A DNA stretch of 37,096 nt, taken from the NCBI GenBank assembly GCA_051942205.1, contig JAVECO010000211.1, positions 1-37,096 on the forward strand, given 5' to 3'. Positions 1-11,164 of this stretch are shown piece by piece. The DNA is from Coniocarpon cinnabarinum. Taxonomy: Eukaryota. How positions within the stretch are numbered: position 1 is the stretch's first letter; each line of letters begins with the position of its first letter. Position numbers and translations under genes: made by a program. The notes below the pieces were generated by a model. That model was not told the origin of the DNA. It saw only the letters and a program-made list of their open reading frames with translations, and searched no databases.

Positions 1-955
1 CCCCTCAAAGTCCTTTCCCCTCTCCCCGGCCCGCCTCGCGCTCGTCAACGACATCATCGCGCTCTACTCGTGCGAGCCGACCGTCGAGCGCGTGAAGCGC
101 TACACTCGCGACTGTGTGTACGACGACCAGTTCGTTTATGCCAACGATCGGTACAAAATGGCGGCGCAGTGGTTTGCGCTGCCCAAGGGGTTTAGTGGGA
201 GTTGGAATGAGGGATGGCAGGTTGTGGTTAATGATCGGGATTTGATCCAGTTTCGGAATGCGCAGGTGAGGTTTGTCTTTCTTTTTGTCCTTTGTGATTT
301 TTGAGATGGTTGGGGTGGTGCGTTGATTGGGTTTGGAGGGTGAAGGGCATGTGAAATGAATGGAAGGGGTGGGGAGGGTGTTCGCTGGAAAGCTGTGTAT
401 GACACGGAGAGTGCAGCTTGGTGTATTCAGAGGAGGAGTCTGCGAGAACGTGACAGTGACATGTCGGGAGCCAAAATACTAATAGCATGATGTAGGCATG
501 GTCCTTCAAAGGCCTCCCCAAAACCGCTCACATGAACGCCATCGTCTCACTATCCCTCGATCCCAGCACCATCGACAGCGACTTCATCCAAGTGAAATTT
601 CACAAAGATCAGGCGAACGACAAGGACTACACGCACGAAGGCAAAGGCTTTAGGTACGTATCCGCATTCCTTGCATGTACCTTTTACCATCATCCATTCG
701 TACCATCACTTGGTGCAAGCCCAACGCATTTGTGACTGTTTGCCGACATCGTAGCGAAAACGAAGCAAAGTCGAGTGTGTCAAGGCTAATGAGTGATTCA
801 TCAGCTTCAAGAAATGGCAAGCCGATAATGTACCAAGGCTCATGAGCAGTGACGAGGTTAAAGCTTTTGAGGGGGATAAGCGTGCAGATAAGGAGGAAGT
901 GAGACGGTATGCGACGAACGCACAGAGTGAGGAGACGCCGATGAAGAACCTGTGA
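1..955 (+). CDS. Conserved fungal hypothetical protein, possibly NTF2/SnoaL-like fold; 5' end outside the window
   Basis: Exons <1-265, 496-653, 805-955. Introns GTGAGG..TACTAAT..TAG and GTACGT..GCTAAT..CAG join one frame: IIALYSCEPTVERVKRYTRDCVYDDQFVYANDRYKMAAQWFALPK...NAQ|AWSFKGLPK...GFS FKKWQADN...MKNL*. The fold guess is inferred from the 'VYDDQF...AQWFALP' pattern. Confidence 0.7.
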
Positions 956-1163
956 TGGTTTATGCCTCGGCTTGGACGATCCTACGAGCTTGCGATTGGT
1001 ATCTATGCTAGACTTTGGCTGATTGACGACCTATGTATGCTGTTTTGGGAAGCGAACACCCTAGAGCTTAGTTACCCGAATTGACTAGAGTATGACATGC
1101 ACGAGGTCTGATTGACTTGGATTCGATGAAGCAACGTGTTACGAAGGTATCTTAAGCGTCCGT

Positions 1164-1212
1164 CAGATACGAGATCATTCAGCTTGCAGATACGCTGTCA
1201 TTCAGCTTGCAG
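1164..1212. repeat. Imperfect 23-bp tandem duplication (about 2.1 copies)
   Basis: CAGATACGagaTCATTCAGCTTG (1164-1186), then CAGATACGctgTCATTCAGCTTG (1187-1209), then CAG. Lies between two convergent genes. Confidence 0.85.
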
Positions 1213-1400
1213 TTATGAGTCTTCGCTGGCTGGCATGACGATAGTTCGCTTCTAAAGTGCGATCAGAGGACTCGAGCCGCGGTCAGACCACACCGGTCAC
1301 GTTACATTGATGGGCGACTATGAAAAACCTGTACAGTCTTCATGGCTATTCAAGACAATCACATACAATATCTGAAGGACTGAATCAAACCTACAGCACT

Positions 1401-3107
1401 TCAGTCACCCCTGATGCCTCCACCAAGGCCAGCCTTCTCTTCTTCAACGACCAAACTCGTGGTCCTTCCCTTGCCACCCTGCTCCGCTATGCTCCTCCTC
1501 AACTGCTCGTCGGCCACCTCATCCACAAGCCCATACTCAAGTGCCATCTTCTCGACTTCTTCGTCGCTGAGATAAGGCAGGTCCTTGGCCGCTTTGATGT
1601 AGTTATTCTCCACGTAACCCTTGGCAAAGATGATGTCGATCTCTTCGAGAGAGCGACGCTTCGTCTCTGGATAGAAGAAATAGATGACGGGAAGGAAGCA
1701 GGCATTAACGCAAGCGAAGAAGAGGTATGTGCCCCAGCCGATGTGGTCGATCATTACGGGTGTAATCATGACCTAGGCGACGCACATTAGCATGAACAGT
1801 CAGAGGTTTTGATAGGCAAAGAATCCTAGACTTACGACGACAAAGTTGAAGAGCCAGTTAGTGCATGTCGAGACGGCATTCGCCTTCGCTCTTGTCTTGA
1901 TGGGATTGATCTCAGCAGGATACAGCCACGGCAACGGCAGCCACGTGATTGCAAAGGAAATGATGTACGTGAACAAGCCCACCGCTGCTCCTTTGGCGGC
2001 TGAAGATGAGCCAGGAATAAGGCAAGCGAAAGCAATGATCATTGATGACATTTGACCAACGGTTCCCCAGAGGAACAACGGCCGGCGCCCGACCCTTTCA
2101 ATGATGAACCAGGATCCAGTTGCGGAGATGGCGTATACAATTGTAAAGACACCACCCATTAGCAGTGCGAAGTTGTGACGACCGGGTGTGATGGATGTCT
2201 CGAACAGGACTGGAAAATAGTAGATGGATGCGTTACACCCGCCAATCTGTTGCATGAATTGCGACGACGCACCCAGCATCATGCGGCGGAAGTGCTGAGT
2301 TTTGCCGTTGCTGAACAAAGCACGCAAGGGCACCGTCTTTCGACCAGCGTAGCCAGACGCGCGGATGGAGTCTTGAATGACAGCAACCTGCACTTGGGTT
2401 TCGTGATCGTCAATTTCGAGGCCGCGGAGCGCTGCGATGACTTGTCTCCCTTCATCGAGACGGTCCCGGGTCATCAGCCATCTTGGCGATTCAGGGAGCC
2501 ATATCATTGGAATGGCCACAATGAGACCGAAGATGCATTGGAAGGAGATAGGAAAGCGCCAGGAGAGGTCTGCGGAGCCATAGGAGCAGCCGTAGTCTAT
2601 CCAGTAAGCGATGAGGGTGCCAAATGCAATGATGCCACCTTCGATGCAAATCAGAAGGCCACGGTTTGACGTCTTGGAACATTCTGCCTGATAGGTAGGA
2701 ATTGTTGACGTATTGAAACCATTGCCAACTCCCATGACAATACGGCCAACAATGAATTGTCCCAATTGGCCGCCGCCCGTCTTCTGAGAGGTCACTTGAA
2801 TAATGACACCCAAGATCATCGTCAGCCCTCCCATGATCATCGCCTTTCGCCGACCAATGTAGTCACCGAATGCGAGAATGGTCATCGCGCCAAAGAGACA
2901 GCCAATCTCGTAGATGGCCGTAACAAAACCCTGCATTGTGGAGTCGTTGTTCAGTTGGGGAAACATGTCTAGAAATGCAGGGGCCGTAATGATGCCAGAC
3001 ATGACACCCTGATCATATCCAAACAACAGGAAGCCTGTTGTCGCTACCGTACTCACGGCCAGCGACAGCGGCTTCCCTGTGAGGCCCATGAACCTTGGCG
3101 GAGCCAT
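1401..3107 (-). CDS. MFS sugar porter, STL1-like (glycerol/sugar:H+ symporter family)
   Basis: Exons 3107-1836 and 1772-1401; 63-nt GTAAGT..GCTAAT..TAG intron. Sugar-porter motifs FGYDQGVMSG, D-x-x-GRR, PESPRWL, QQIGGCN, ERVGRR and PETKRRSLEEID. Confidence 0.93.
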
Positions 3108-4145
3108 GATATCCTAGTTCAGTACCTGAGGAACAGAAAGTAAAGTGGACGAGATATTGATGTTATAGCGTTGACGAAATGCCGCGCAAGATAACCGAGG
3201 ATATCAATGCTGGTCGCGACTCCTGCAGCATTCCCATGTAGTGGAGCAGAGGGCTCTACAGAGACCTATTCAACGATCAAGCTCGTTGCTACCAGCTGAG
3301 CGAAGTGCAGGAAGAGAGCACAACTAGGCTACACATGCAAAGAAGAAAGACATTTTCGTACATTACCTCGCTTCTTACCACGACGGGAGATACGAGCAGG
3401 GGTGGTGGATGACGTTCAGCGTGCAGAGCTACGAGTGGTCAATGGCCGGTCCCACCTCCAAAGGATTTGGTAGCCGATGAAACGTCAGTGCAAAGTCTGC
3501 AGCAACAGCCTTGGACGCGGCGTTGCCTCGGTTCATTGACGCCCCGCTGAGTTCGGTACGTACACTGAACATTGTTCCACAGCACGGTCTGGCCGAGTCG
3601 AGGGACATCGTGAGCAGCGTGTGGAGAGGACTCTTCTTGCCTGAGGTGGGCGCCGTCGTATGTAGCTAGGTGCCAATGAGCACAGTATTGAAAAGAGCTT
3701 GTTGGTGATCCCACGGGAGGGCTTGCTGGAAGGAGCTTAGCAAAGGTGATCGGCCTTGGCTGCTGACTTTGTGGCGCTCATGACGAAAGCTACACTGGTC
3801 GACATTGTCAACAGTGTCCTTGAAGCTGGGGCAAAGCTTGAATTTGCGCTGAATGCAGACCCACGTTCGTCGAAAGCCAAAGTGGACGAAATGAAATGCC
3901 ATACACTGAAATGCTGGCCAGGGGAACAGTGCTACCCAAAGTGGCATCTGGTGAGAAGCCTCTACTAACGCTTGACTCTTGGCGTCTGGCTCTTCCTTGA
4001 CGTGTAACAAAGAATGGCTGAGTCGTGCGCACCAACATTGCATTCCTTCATATTCGCTCCTTCATGGATAGCATTCGGGTCGATCTTGAGACAGTAGTAC
4101 TATTCATCCACTCTTTCGCTGATTTTGCTGCCCAGTTTCATTCTC

Positions 4146-5021
4146 ATGGAAGACACACCGCTGCATTTTGACCACATTCCCGTCGACAGTCCGCCAAGTT
4201 CTAGTCAGCACCATCAGCAGAACGGCAGTCTTCAGGCACGCTTCGAGCGCCCTTTGCCTTCCCGTCAAGCCTCTCAAGACTCGATCAGCAGTGTTTCCAG
4301 CGGGTGTGATCTAATCCAGGCGTCCAATTATCCCCATGGCACGAAGTCTCTATCTGGCATATCTGCACGTGCATTCATTCTAGGCGCATCCTTCGGGGTT
4401 GGCGCCTCGTTGACAATTTTACTATTGTCTTTCCATCCTGCCTGGCGGATATGTTTCTTTCTATCATCCCTTTCGCTTTTCCATTTTCTCGAATATTACC
4501 TTACGGCACGATACAATACACCGCTCGCGAACATCAATGCGTTCTTGCTCAGCCGCAATGGCCGGGCCTACAATGCGGCTCATGGGGGTGCATTTTTGGA
4601 GTGCGCTCTTTTGTCCTTTGGGTTTCCTGCATGGCAGCATCGCTTTTCGAACTTCTACACGATACCTGTAGGTCTCGTAATGATGATCCTCGGTCAAAGC
4701 GCCAGAAGCGGAGCTATGGCCGAGGCGGGCACGAACTTCAATCACACGATTCAGCATCAACGCAACGAAGGGCATACACTTGTGACCTCCGGGATATACG
4801 CCTGGTTCAGGCATCCCAGTTATTTCGGTTTCTTCTGTTGGGGCCTAGGCACCCAGATTGTTCTTGGTAACGTCATCTGTCTCACAGCTTATACCTTCGT
4901 CCTATGGGCGTTCTTTAATCACAGGATTAGTCAGGAAGAGTCGCTCCTGGTCGAGTTCTTCGGCAGGGAGTACGAAGATTACAGAGCAAGAACCCGTATT
5001 TGGATCCCATTCATAAAATGA
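4146..5021 (+). CDS. STE14: Protein-S-isoprenylcysteine O-methyltransferase (ICMT)
   Basis: Intronless ORF from ATG 4146. ICMT motifs FHFLEY, AGTNFNH, HTLVTSGIYAWFRHPSYFGFF and RISQEESLLVEFFGREYEDYR. Confidence 0.93.
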   Translation: MEDTPLHFDHIPVDSPPSSSQHHQQNGSLQARFERPLPSRQASQDSISSVSSGCDLIQASNYPHGTKSLSGISARAFILGASFGVGASLTILLLSFHPAWRICFFLSSLSLFHFLEYYLTARYNTPLANINAFLLSRNGRAYNAAHGGAFLECALLSFGFPAWQHRFSNFYTIPVGLVMMILGQSARSGAMAEAGTNFNHTIQHQRNEGHTLVTSGIYAWFRHPSYFGFFCWGLGTQIVLGNVICLTAYTFVLWAFFNHRISQEESLLVEFFGREYEDYRARTRIWIPFIK

Positions 5022-5562
5022 GACGGCCTGTGTCTTAGTCAGCGGCGCAACCATCTTTCCGACCATGCCGACTGAGATATGACTTTGGCCGACTTGACCA
5101 GGTGCTCATTGATTCCGCTTGGGTCCGGTCCGCATTCAGTCCAGCCCCCATCTTGTCAGCACTCGGTGCAAACCCGAGTGTGAGGCGCATCCATCATCAT
5201 CCTGTCGTGTCGACCTGATGAAGCTAGCGTTTCGAGGTCGGAAGCACCTCGGCCCGGCGGAGTAGTCCGTTTTATTAGCGTCACAGCCAATGGATCGGAT
5301 GGAAGAATTACATTCCAGTTCAAGATTCTGTACGGACGGCATCCCCTGCTTTGTGCACCCCCTGCATGAAGCCTTGTAACATCTGGCTTAGCAATCATCC
5401 TAGAGTGCACTCCAACGGCACGCGTGATCTGGCCGGGCAACCTCTTTAACTTGCTATAATACCGGTACAGCGCCGATCTTAGTCGAGCTGCAGTATTATC
5501 CAGCATTGGTGTTTCCAGAATCCAAAAGTCTATTCGAATACGATTCGAGTTACATCAGCAAC

Positions 5563-6118
5563 ATGACGACGCAGGTCGGCATCAACCTTCCAAGTGAATA
5601 CGGGCACGTCCATGACATAGTCTAATCACGTATGCCCTGATCGCTGATAAACGTCCCCGTCCAGATACGTCATCCTCAGCGCCAGTGCTACATTCTTCCT
5701 TGCTCAATGGCACGTCGTTCGCGTATCGCAATACCGCCGCCGGGCTCAGATACCCTACCCTCTGCATTATGCTCCCACAACGGGCGCGTCCGCCACGTCT
5801 CCCGACACCGCCACTGAGAAAGCCGCCAAAGAAAAGGATGCCTACCTCTTCAATTGCGCACAAAGGGCTCATGGAAATTACAACGAGAACCACCCTACTA
5901 TGGTCGCGGCGCTTTTGCTGGCCGGCTTGCGCTATCCCTTAACAGCGAGTGCGTTTGGTGCAGCGTGGTCCTTTTTCCGGGTGATATATATGTATGGGTA
6001 TACGATGGAGACCAAGACCAAGGGTGAAGGACGATTGTACGGCGCTCTATGGGAAGCGTTGCATGTTATTTTGATGGGGATGAGTGTGTGGACGGGATGG
6101 AAGATGTTGTTCCCGTAA
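5563..6118 (+). CDS. MAPEG family microsomal glutathione S-transferase 3-like protein (164 aa)
   Basis: Exons 5563-5603 and 5665-6118 with a GC-AG intron. Spliced protein: MTTQVGINLPSEYG YVILSASATFFLAQWH...IPYP...YLFNCAQRAHGNYNENHP...AGLRYP...RVIYMYGY. FNCAQRAHxN is the MAPEG signature. Confidence 0.9.
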
Positions 6119-6350
6119 GGCATTCGAAATGAGATGTTAGAGCGGCGCTGCTGCTCGCTGTATAGTAATGCTTTGATCTAGTCGAGTCTCTATGCATGTC
6201 GCTTCCGCGTGCGCTGAGCATGCCGATCGAATCTAGCATCATATGGCGCTATCACGGTGAATCTCCTGTGCATGTATCATTGCCACATGCTCAGCAGCGC
6301 CTCTCTAGCTTCGAAAGCTCCCTTCAACTGCTTACCTACGTCTCGCAATC

Positions 6351-7509
6351 TCACACTTCCTCCTTCTCCGCAACCTTGGCCATTGCATCCTCTGGTCCCA
6401 TGACAGGCTCTCCCGTCTTCTTCTTGTAAGCAGCGCTCTCCGGATCCCATTCACTTTCAATCTTCCGAATAACTCTCGCCGGATTCCCCGCCACGAGCGT
6501 AAAAGGCGGGACGTCCTGTGCACAAGTTAGCCCGACGCGAAATACTCAAGCAAACCACATTCATCTACACCTCCGCATCCTCACGGTTCTCTCCACCCCC
6601 ACCACCATTACTATTCTCAACGGGGGCGAAAAGTACAAAACGAAGACCGCGACATACCTTCACGACCACTGCACCCGCACCAACCGTGCTTCCCCGTCCA
6701 ATCGTCACACCAGGACATACTGTTACATTTCCACAGATCCAACAATCTTCACCGATGGCAATCGGGGCGCCGCTTTCAGGGCCTTGGATGCCGTTGCGGA
6801 TTGCCGGGTCGAGGGGGTGCGTCCCGCTGTAGAAGTGGCAGCTTGGACCTATGAGAGTGCGGGCGCCTATCCTGATCGGCATCGTGTCTATGACTTGGGG
6901 TTTCCTTCAGCTTTGATGTCTAGAGGGTGGTGTGGTGGATCCGGCGGAGATGAAGGGGAGAACGTACATGTGCAGTCCATGTTGCAGTATGCGCCGGGCG
7001 CGATGTGGATATTGAATCCGTAATCGCAATGAACCCGATTCTCGACCCATGCGTCTGTGGCGTGGAATTGGTCTTCGTCGGCTTGAGGGTCAGCGAGTTG
7101 CGGCGGGAGGGGACGCTCGTCTTTTGTCAGTCTGACAACATTAGCTTTCTCTGTTTCGTACACAGCCTGATGCTGTATCCTGTGAGAAGATCTAGGCAGC
7201 TGCAAGGACTCCTCTTCTTCATGTGATGTGTGAACTTGGGATCGTGTATACACGCGAAGCATACAGAAGCTAGAGGAGAGAAACGAACACTGAATGATAG
7301 AGACCCTCACTCACTTACTCCCGCCACGCCGCAACGGTTTCTCTCCGACTTGGATCCTTCAAACTGTTAAACTTTTCCAATGCACGCCTGCAACGATATC
7401 GCTCCTGCGTCAGGCGAGGTGTAAAGGCATGATAAAGTTCACCAGCAAGCATGCGGCGTTCATTTTCCTCGGCGGAGAGCTGAGCGAGCGACCCAGTCAG
7501 GGGCGCCAT
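6351..7509 (-). CDS. Maltose/galactoside O-acetyltransferase (Mac domain plus hexapeptide LbH repeats)
   Basis: Exons 7509-7319, 7131-6968, 6893-6658, 6515-6351, all GT-AG and frame-consistent. Motifs RMLAGELYHAF, CDYGFNIHI, IGARTLIGP, THPLDP, IGEDCWICGNVTVCPGVTIG and VVVK|DVPPFTLVAGNPARVIRKI. Confidence 0.92.
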
Positions 7510-7649
7510 ATTCTACGTTCACGAATTTCACGGTGTATGGTACGATGGCTGAAGGAACTGATGCAGGCACGCAGATGCACGATACTGTCGAGCACACAGG
7601 CTTGGCGTAAGCATATAGAGTCTTGTCACGTGAGATGTAGACATCATGT

Positions 7650-10600
7650 TTAGTCAACACGAACGGCGTCAGGCTCGTCCTGTACATCATGATCTAATAG
7701 CCCACTTCTCTCGTCATCACCGTCACCAGCCGGCTCTTGCATGGCGCGTGGTCCTTTGTCCTCGACCACGTCTCCATCCACACCACCATCGAGTATATGC
7801 CAAGCATCTTTCTTGGTCATCACTCCTTTTAATCGGCCGTTATCTGCGAAGATTAGATAACGTAGTCCCAGCTTTAGGAAGAGATTATACGTGAGTTGTA
7901 GGCTGGCGCGTGATGAGAGCGTGATGGGTGTCTGGTCCATCCAGGGTCGAAGGTCGAGAGTGGTGTTCGGATCTGCGTGCGGCTGATGTGAGAAGAACGC
8001 CTCGGCTTGATCTGACAAGCCCCGCGCTCGTGAGGACGTCAAAGCGTATGAAAGCTCTGTGCGGGAAATGTAGCCAAGGAGAAGCTGCGACGCCTCATCG
8101 GCAACCACTGGGAAGCCACGATATGTGTAGTGAGCCAGGAGGTGCGACAGAGAAGCTAGGATATGTCCTGTTGCTGGCAGTACAACGAGATTTCCGACCC
8201 GAATCATAAGGCGTGATATCGGTACGTCGGGTGCAAGACCACTCGTTCGTAGATTATCGTCTCGGTTGTCCAGGAACGGGTAGCCATTGAGAGATATCCA
8301 GGATTCGTAGATACCTTTCATGCCGAATGCGTCCCCAGTCCACTTCGCAATTAGCACCGAAATCATGATCGGCAGCACATATGTCAGCGCCCCTGTCAGC
8401 TCGAACATGATAACGACGACCGACACCGTCATTCGTGTCGAGCCGGCTAAAGCGGATGCGGCGCCTACGACTGCGTACTGTCCGGCGGTGACGCATGCAA
8501 CGTCAGGCTCACAAGAGCTGAATAGAATGGCGTTGGGATGGTACTGATGCCAATTGCGCATTACCATCCCAGCCGCTCGGCCATATAGCGCACCAATCGC
8601 GATGGACGGCAGCATGACGCCAGCGGGAAGCTGGAGGCCAAAAGTGATGCTGGCGAGCACAAATCCCAGTGAAGCAGCTGAAAGCAGATTTGCCAGCACT
8701 GTAGGTGTAGAGCCTGCACCGCAGAGGCCGAGCTGTTCGTCTTGCAAATCAGAGCACTCCGAGAACAAAGTTGCCACCAATTCAGGAAACTGTGCCCGCA
8801 TGAAGGCGTTTGGGTAGTTGATTGCTGCAGTGATTACCGCAACAAGAGCCACTTCAATGAGTCCGTTCGAGAGTAAACGTGATTGTCTGCGCCAAGTCGC
8901 CACGCGAACGTTAAGTCGGATAAAGGCTGCGCCGTACAGACCGCCAACGAGGCCAAGGAGCGCAAAGGGAACTAGTTCAAAGGCATACCATCCTGTCGAG
9001 TAAGTGACTTGGTAGAGAACGAGTTTCCCCGTTCTGAACGGGTTGAATGCTTGAAGAGTGACAGCAGCAATCATAGCGCAGACAAAGCTTTGCCACATGG
9101 TTTTATCTGGAAAGTAGTATGACAATTGCTGGAAATGTTAGCCGGGTTTATAGAGTGAATCGTTCTGCCGCACCTCCAGACTGAATAAAACGCCACCAAC
9201 AGGCGCACCAAAAGCCACAGATATTCCTGACGCCGCAGCAGCAGAGAACACCTCTCGCTTTCGCGCTACACTTAGTCAGCACATCGAGCAACTTTATAAA
9301 TCGCGAGTGCTTACCTTCATTATCGTTCAGCGAAGGAAAGAATCTGAGAAAGAGATTCGAGCAGCAACAAGCGACATGAACGAGCGGGCCCTCCTTGCCG
9401 AGCCAGAGGCCCTAAAGAAAACAACAGTCAGCGCATTGCTCCAGATATGAATCGACCAGACTTTTCATGTCATCCATTATCGGGCCAAACAAACTTCAAA
9501 TCCGTTAGTAAATGGGAGGTTAGCTCCCTGCCATGACATTCAAGTCGAGACGAGAATCACTCTCAGCCACGACATAGTCCAACTTTGAAAAGCCTTCCGA
9601 ATAGGTACAGTTGGTATTCGCAATACGAAATCAGAGCATGCACCTACAGATGCCACGGAAAGACACTGGCACGAGTCAGCTTGGACCGGACAGCTCATGC
9701 CAGAAGTCTGAAGCTTACCAAGCCCACAGATTTAGTGACCAACACCCAGGCGCTGAGAAACCTTCTCATGACAAAGCCACCCAAGACAATCTTCACCTCG
9801 GGGATGCCACTTTGCTTTGCGTCCAGTGCAAACGACCTGACAAGGAAGCTCGCGCACACGGCGAACACCACCTGAGGAATGTCAGAACAGAACACCTAAT
9901 AAGGCGGCGACAGTCACCGACAGCAAGCAGGATAAAGACAGCGTAGCCCATCGCGTATGCGCCGCTTTTTGAGCCAACACGCAAGGCTTGACCCCATGTA
10001 TGCCAATCTGTACATTGCGATATTTCGTCTAATCCCCAACAACAAAATCCATGGTTGAGGTGGAATCGACCACCGCCATCTCCAGCTATACAGACTCCAG
10101 TCTTGAGGTCACCCAGCCAGTCGCTCGCTATGTCGATAAGCGCGGCCACAACTCCAGTGGATAAGCCCGTACAGACAAGGACCAGCCAGATCTGACTGGC
10201 ATCTAGAAATTGTTGTATATAGCCCAGAAAGCCGGATGTGGCAGAGCGCAGTACGCTGAGGCGTTGACGTTCTTTGGCGTATTCATAGATCCAGTCAATC
10301 GCTGTCAAATCTTCGTAGCCGACTCGACGGCCTGGTCCCTCGGTGTACCAGTCTGCTGCAGCGTGATCCTTTGTTTCCACTCCAGAGCTTAGACCTCGCG
10401 CAGAATCATCGAGGTTAATCGAAGAACTGGAGTCTATGTTGTCCCCGTCTTGGTACAAAGTGCGTCGTCGGCGCCGCGAGATGTTTGCTGCCTCTGGAGC
10501 TTTGGGAGCGTCGTTGGGGCGAAGGGAAGAAGATGGGACGAACGAAACGGACGGCGAGACCCTGCATACATTAGGTCAGACCCGACCAGCGTGTGTAGTT

Positions 10601-10702
10601 GGCTCGCTACCTTTCTTGAGGCTCAAAATGTAAGGGGTCATCGGCTAGGACATCTTCACTCCCGTCTTCGTCATGCCCATTCGAGCCGTCGTTTGCTGCC
10701 AT
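7650..10702 (-). CDS. CLC chloride channel/transporter (GEF1/ClC-3-4-5-like) with C-terminal CBS domains
   Basis: Exons 10702-10611, 10561-9922, 9871-9719, 9665-9648 (18-nt microexon CLSVAS), 9411-9315, 9265-9174, 9128-7650. Motifs [60 protein letters not shown] and CBS-like YRGFPVV / MDQTPITL. Confidence 0.93.
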
Positions 10703-11164
10703 GTCCAGCCGTAAGAACGTCTAGGGAGCATCTCTCATCGTACGCTTTCACACGCAAATGACGAATGACTATCAGCTAGCATGGTCACAATCTGTACAAG
10801 CACGTCGATACGTCGAATACTCGTTGCAGAGGGGAATATCAGACACGACGATCTCACCCTGCCCTGACGTTGCACCTTTCGAAACCCTGCCGTAGATGTG
10901 GGTGCCGTACTGCCAGGACAAGGGGCATTGCGTGCCTGATCGCGTCACAATAGTTCGCGCTATTGAAAGCTTAAATCCTCGTCATTTTGCTGCAGTTTCC
11001 CAGCAAATTCAATAGGTAAGGTACAATGTGCAATGACTAGCGGCTTCAACTTCCATAGAAGCAGCAGCACGTCGATTCCTATCTCCCACTAAGTCGAACC
11101 GCTATGAGAGCGAGTCCAGATCCCGATGCTTCTCCTCGTATGAACTAGCACAGGGGCAAGAGCA

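Noticed and set aside
3108..4145. Short ORFs in the divergent STL1-like/STE14 intergenic region
   Set aside because: No protein motifs or consistent splice model; consistent with promoter DNA.
9520..9645. TPP-riboswitch-like words (GGTGC, GCTGAGA, ACTTGA) in the long CLC intron
   Set aside because: The conserved TGATC-x-GGATAAT-x-CAGCG P4/P5 region is absent and the host gene is unrelated to thiamine.
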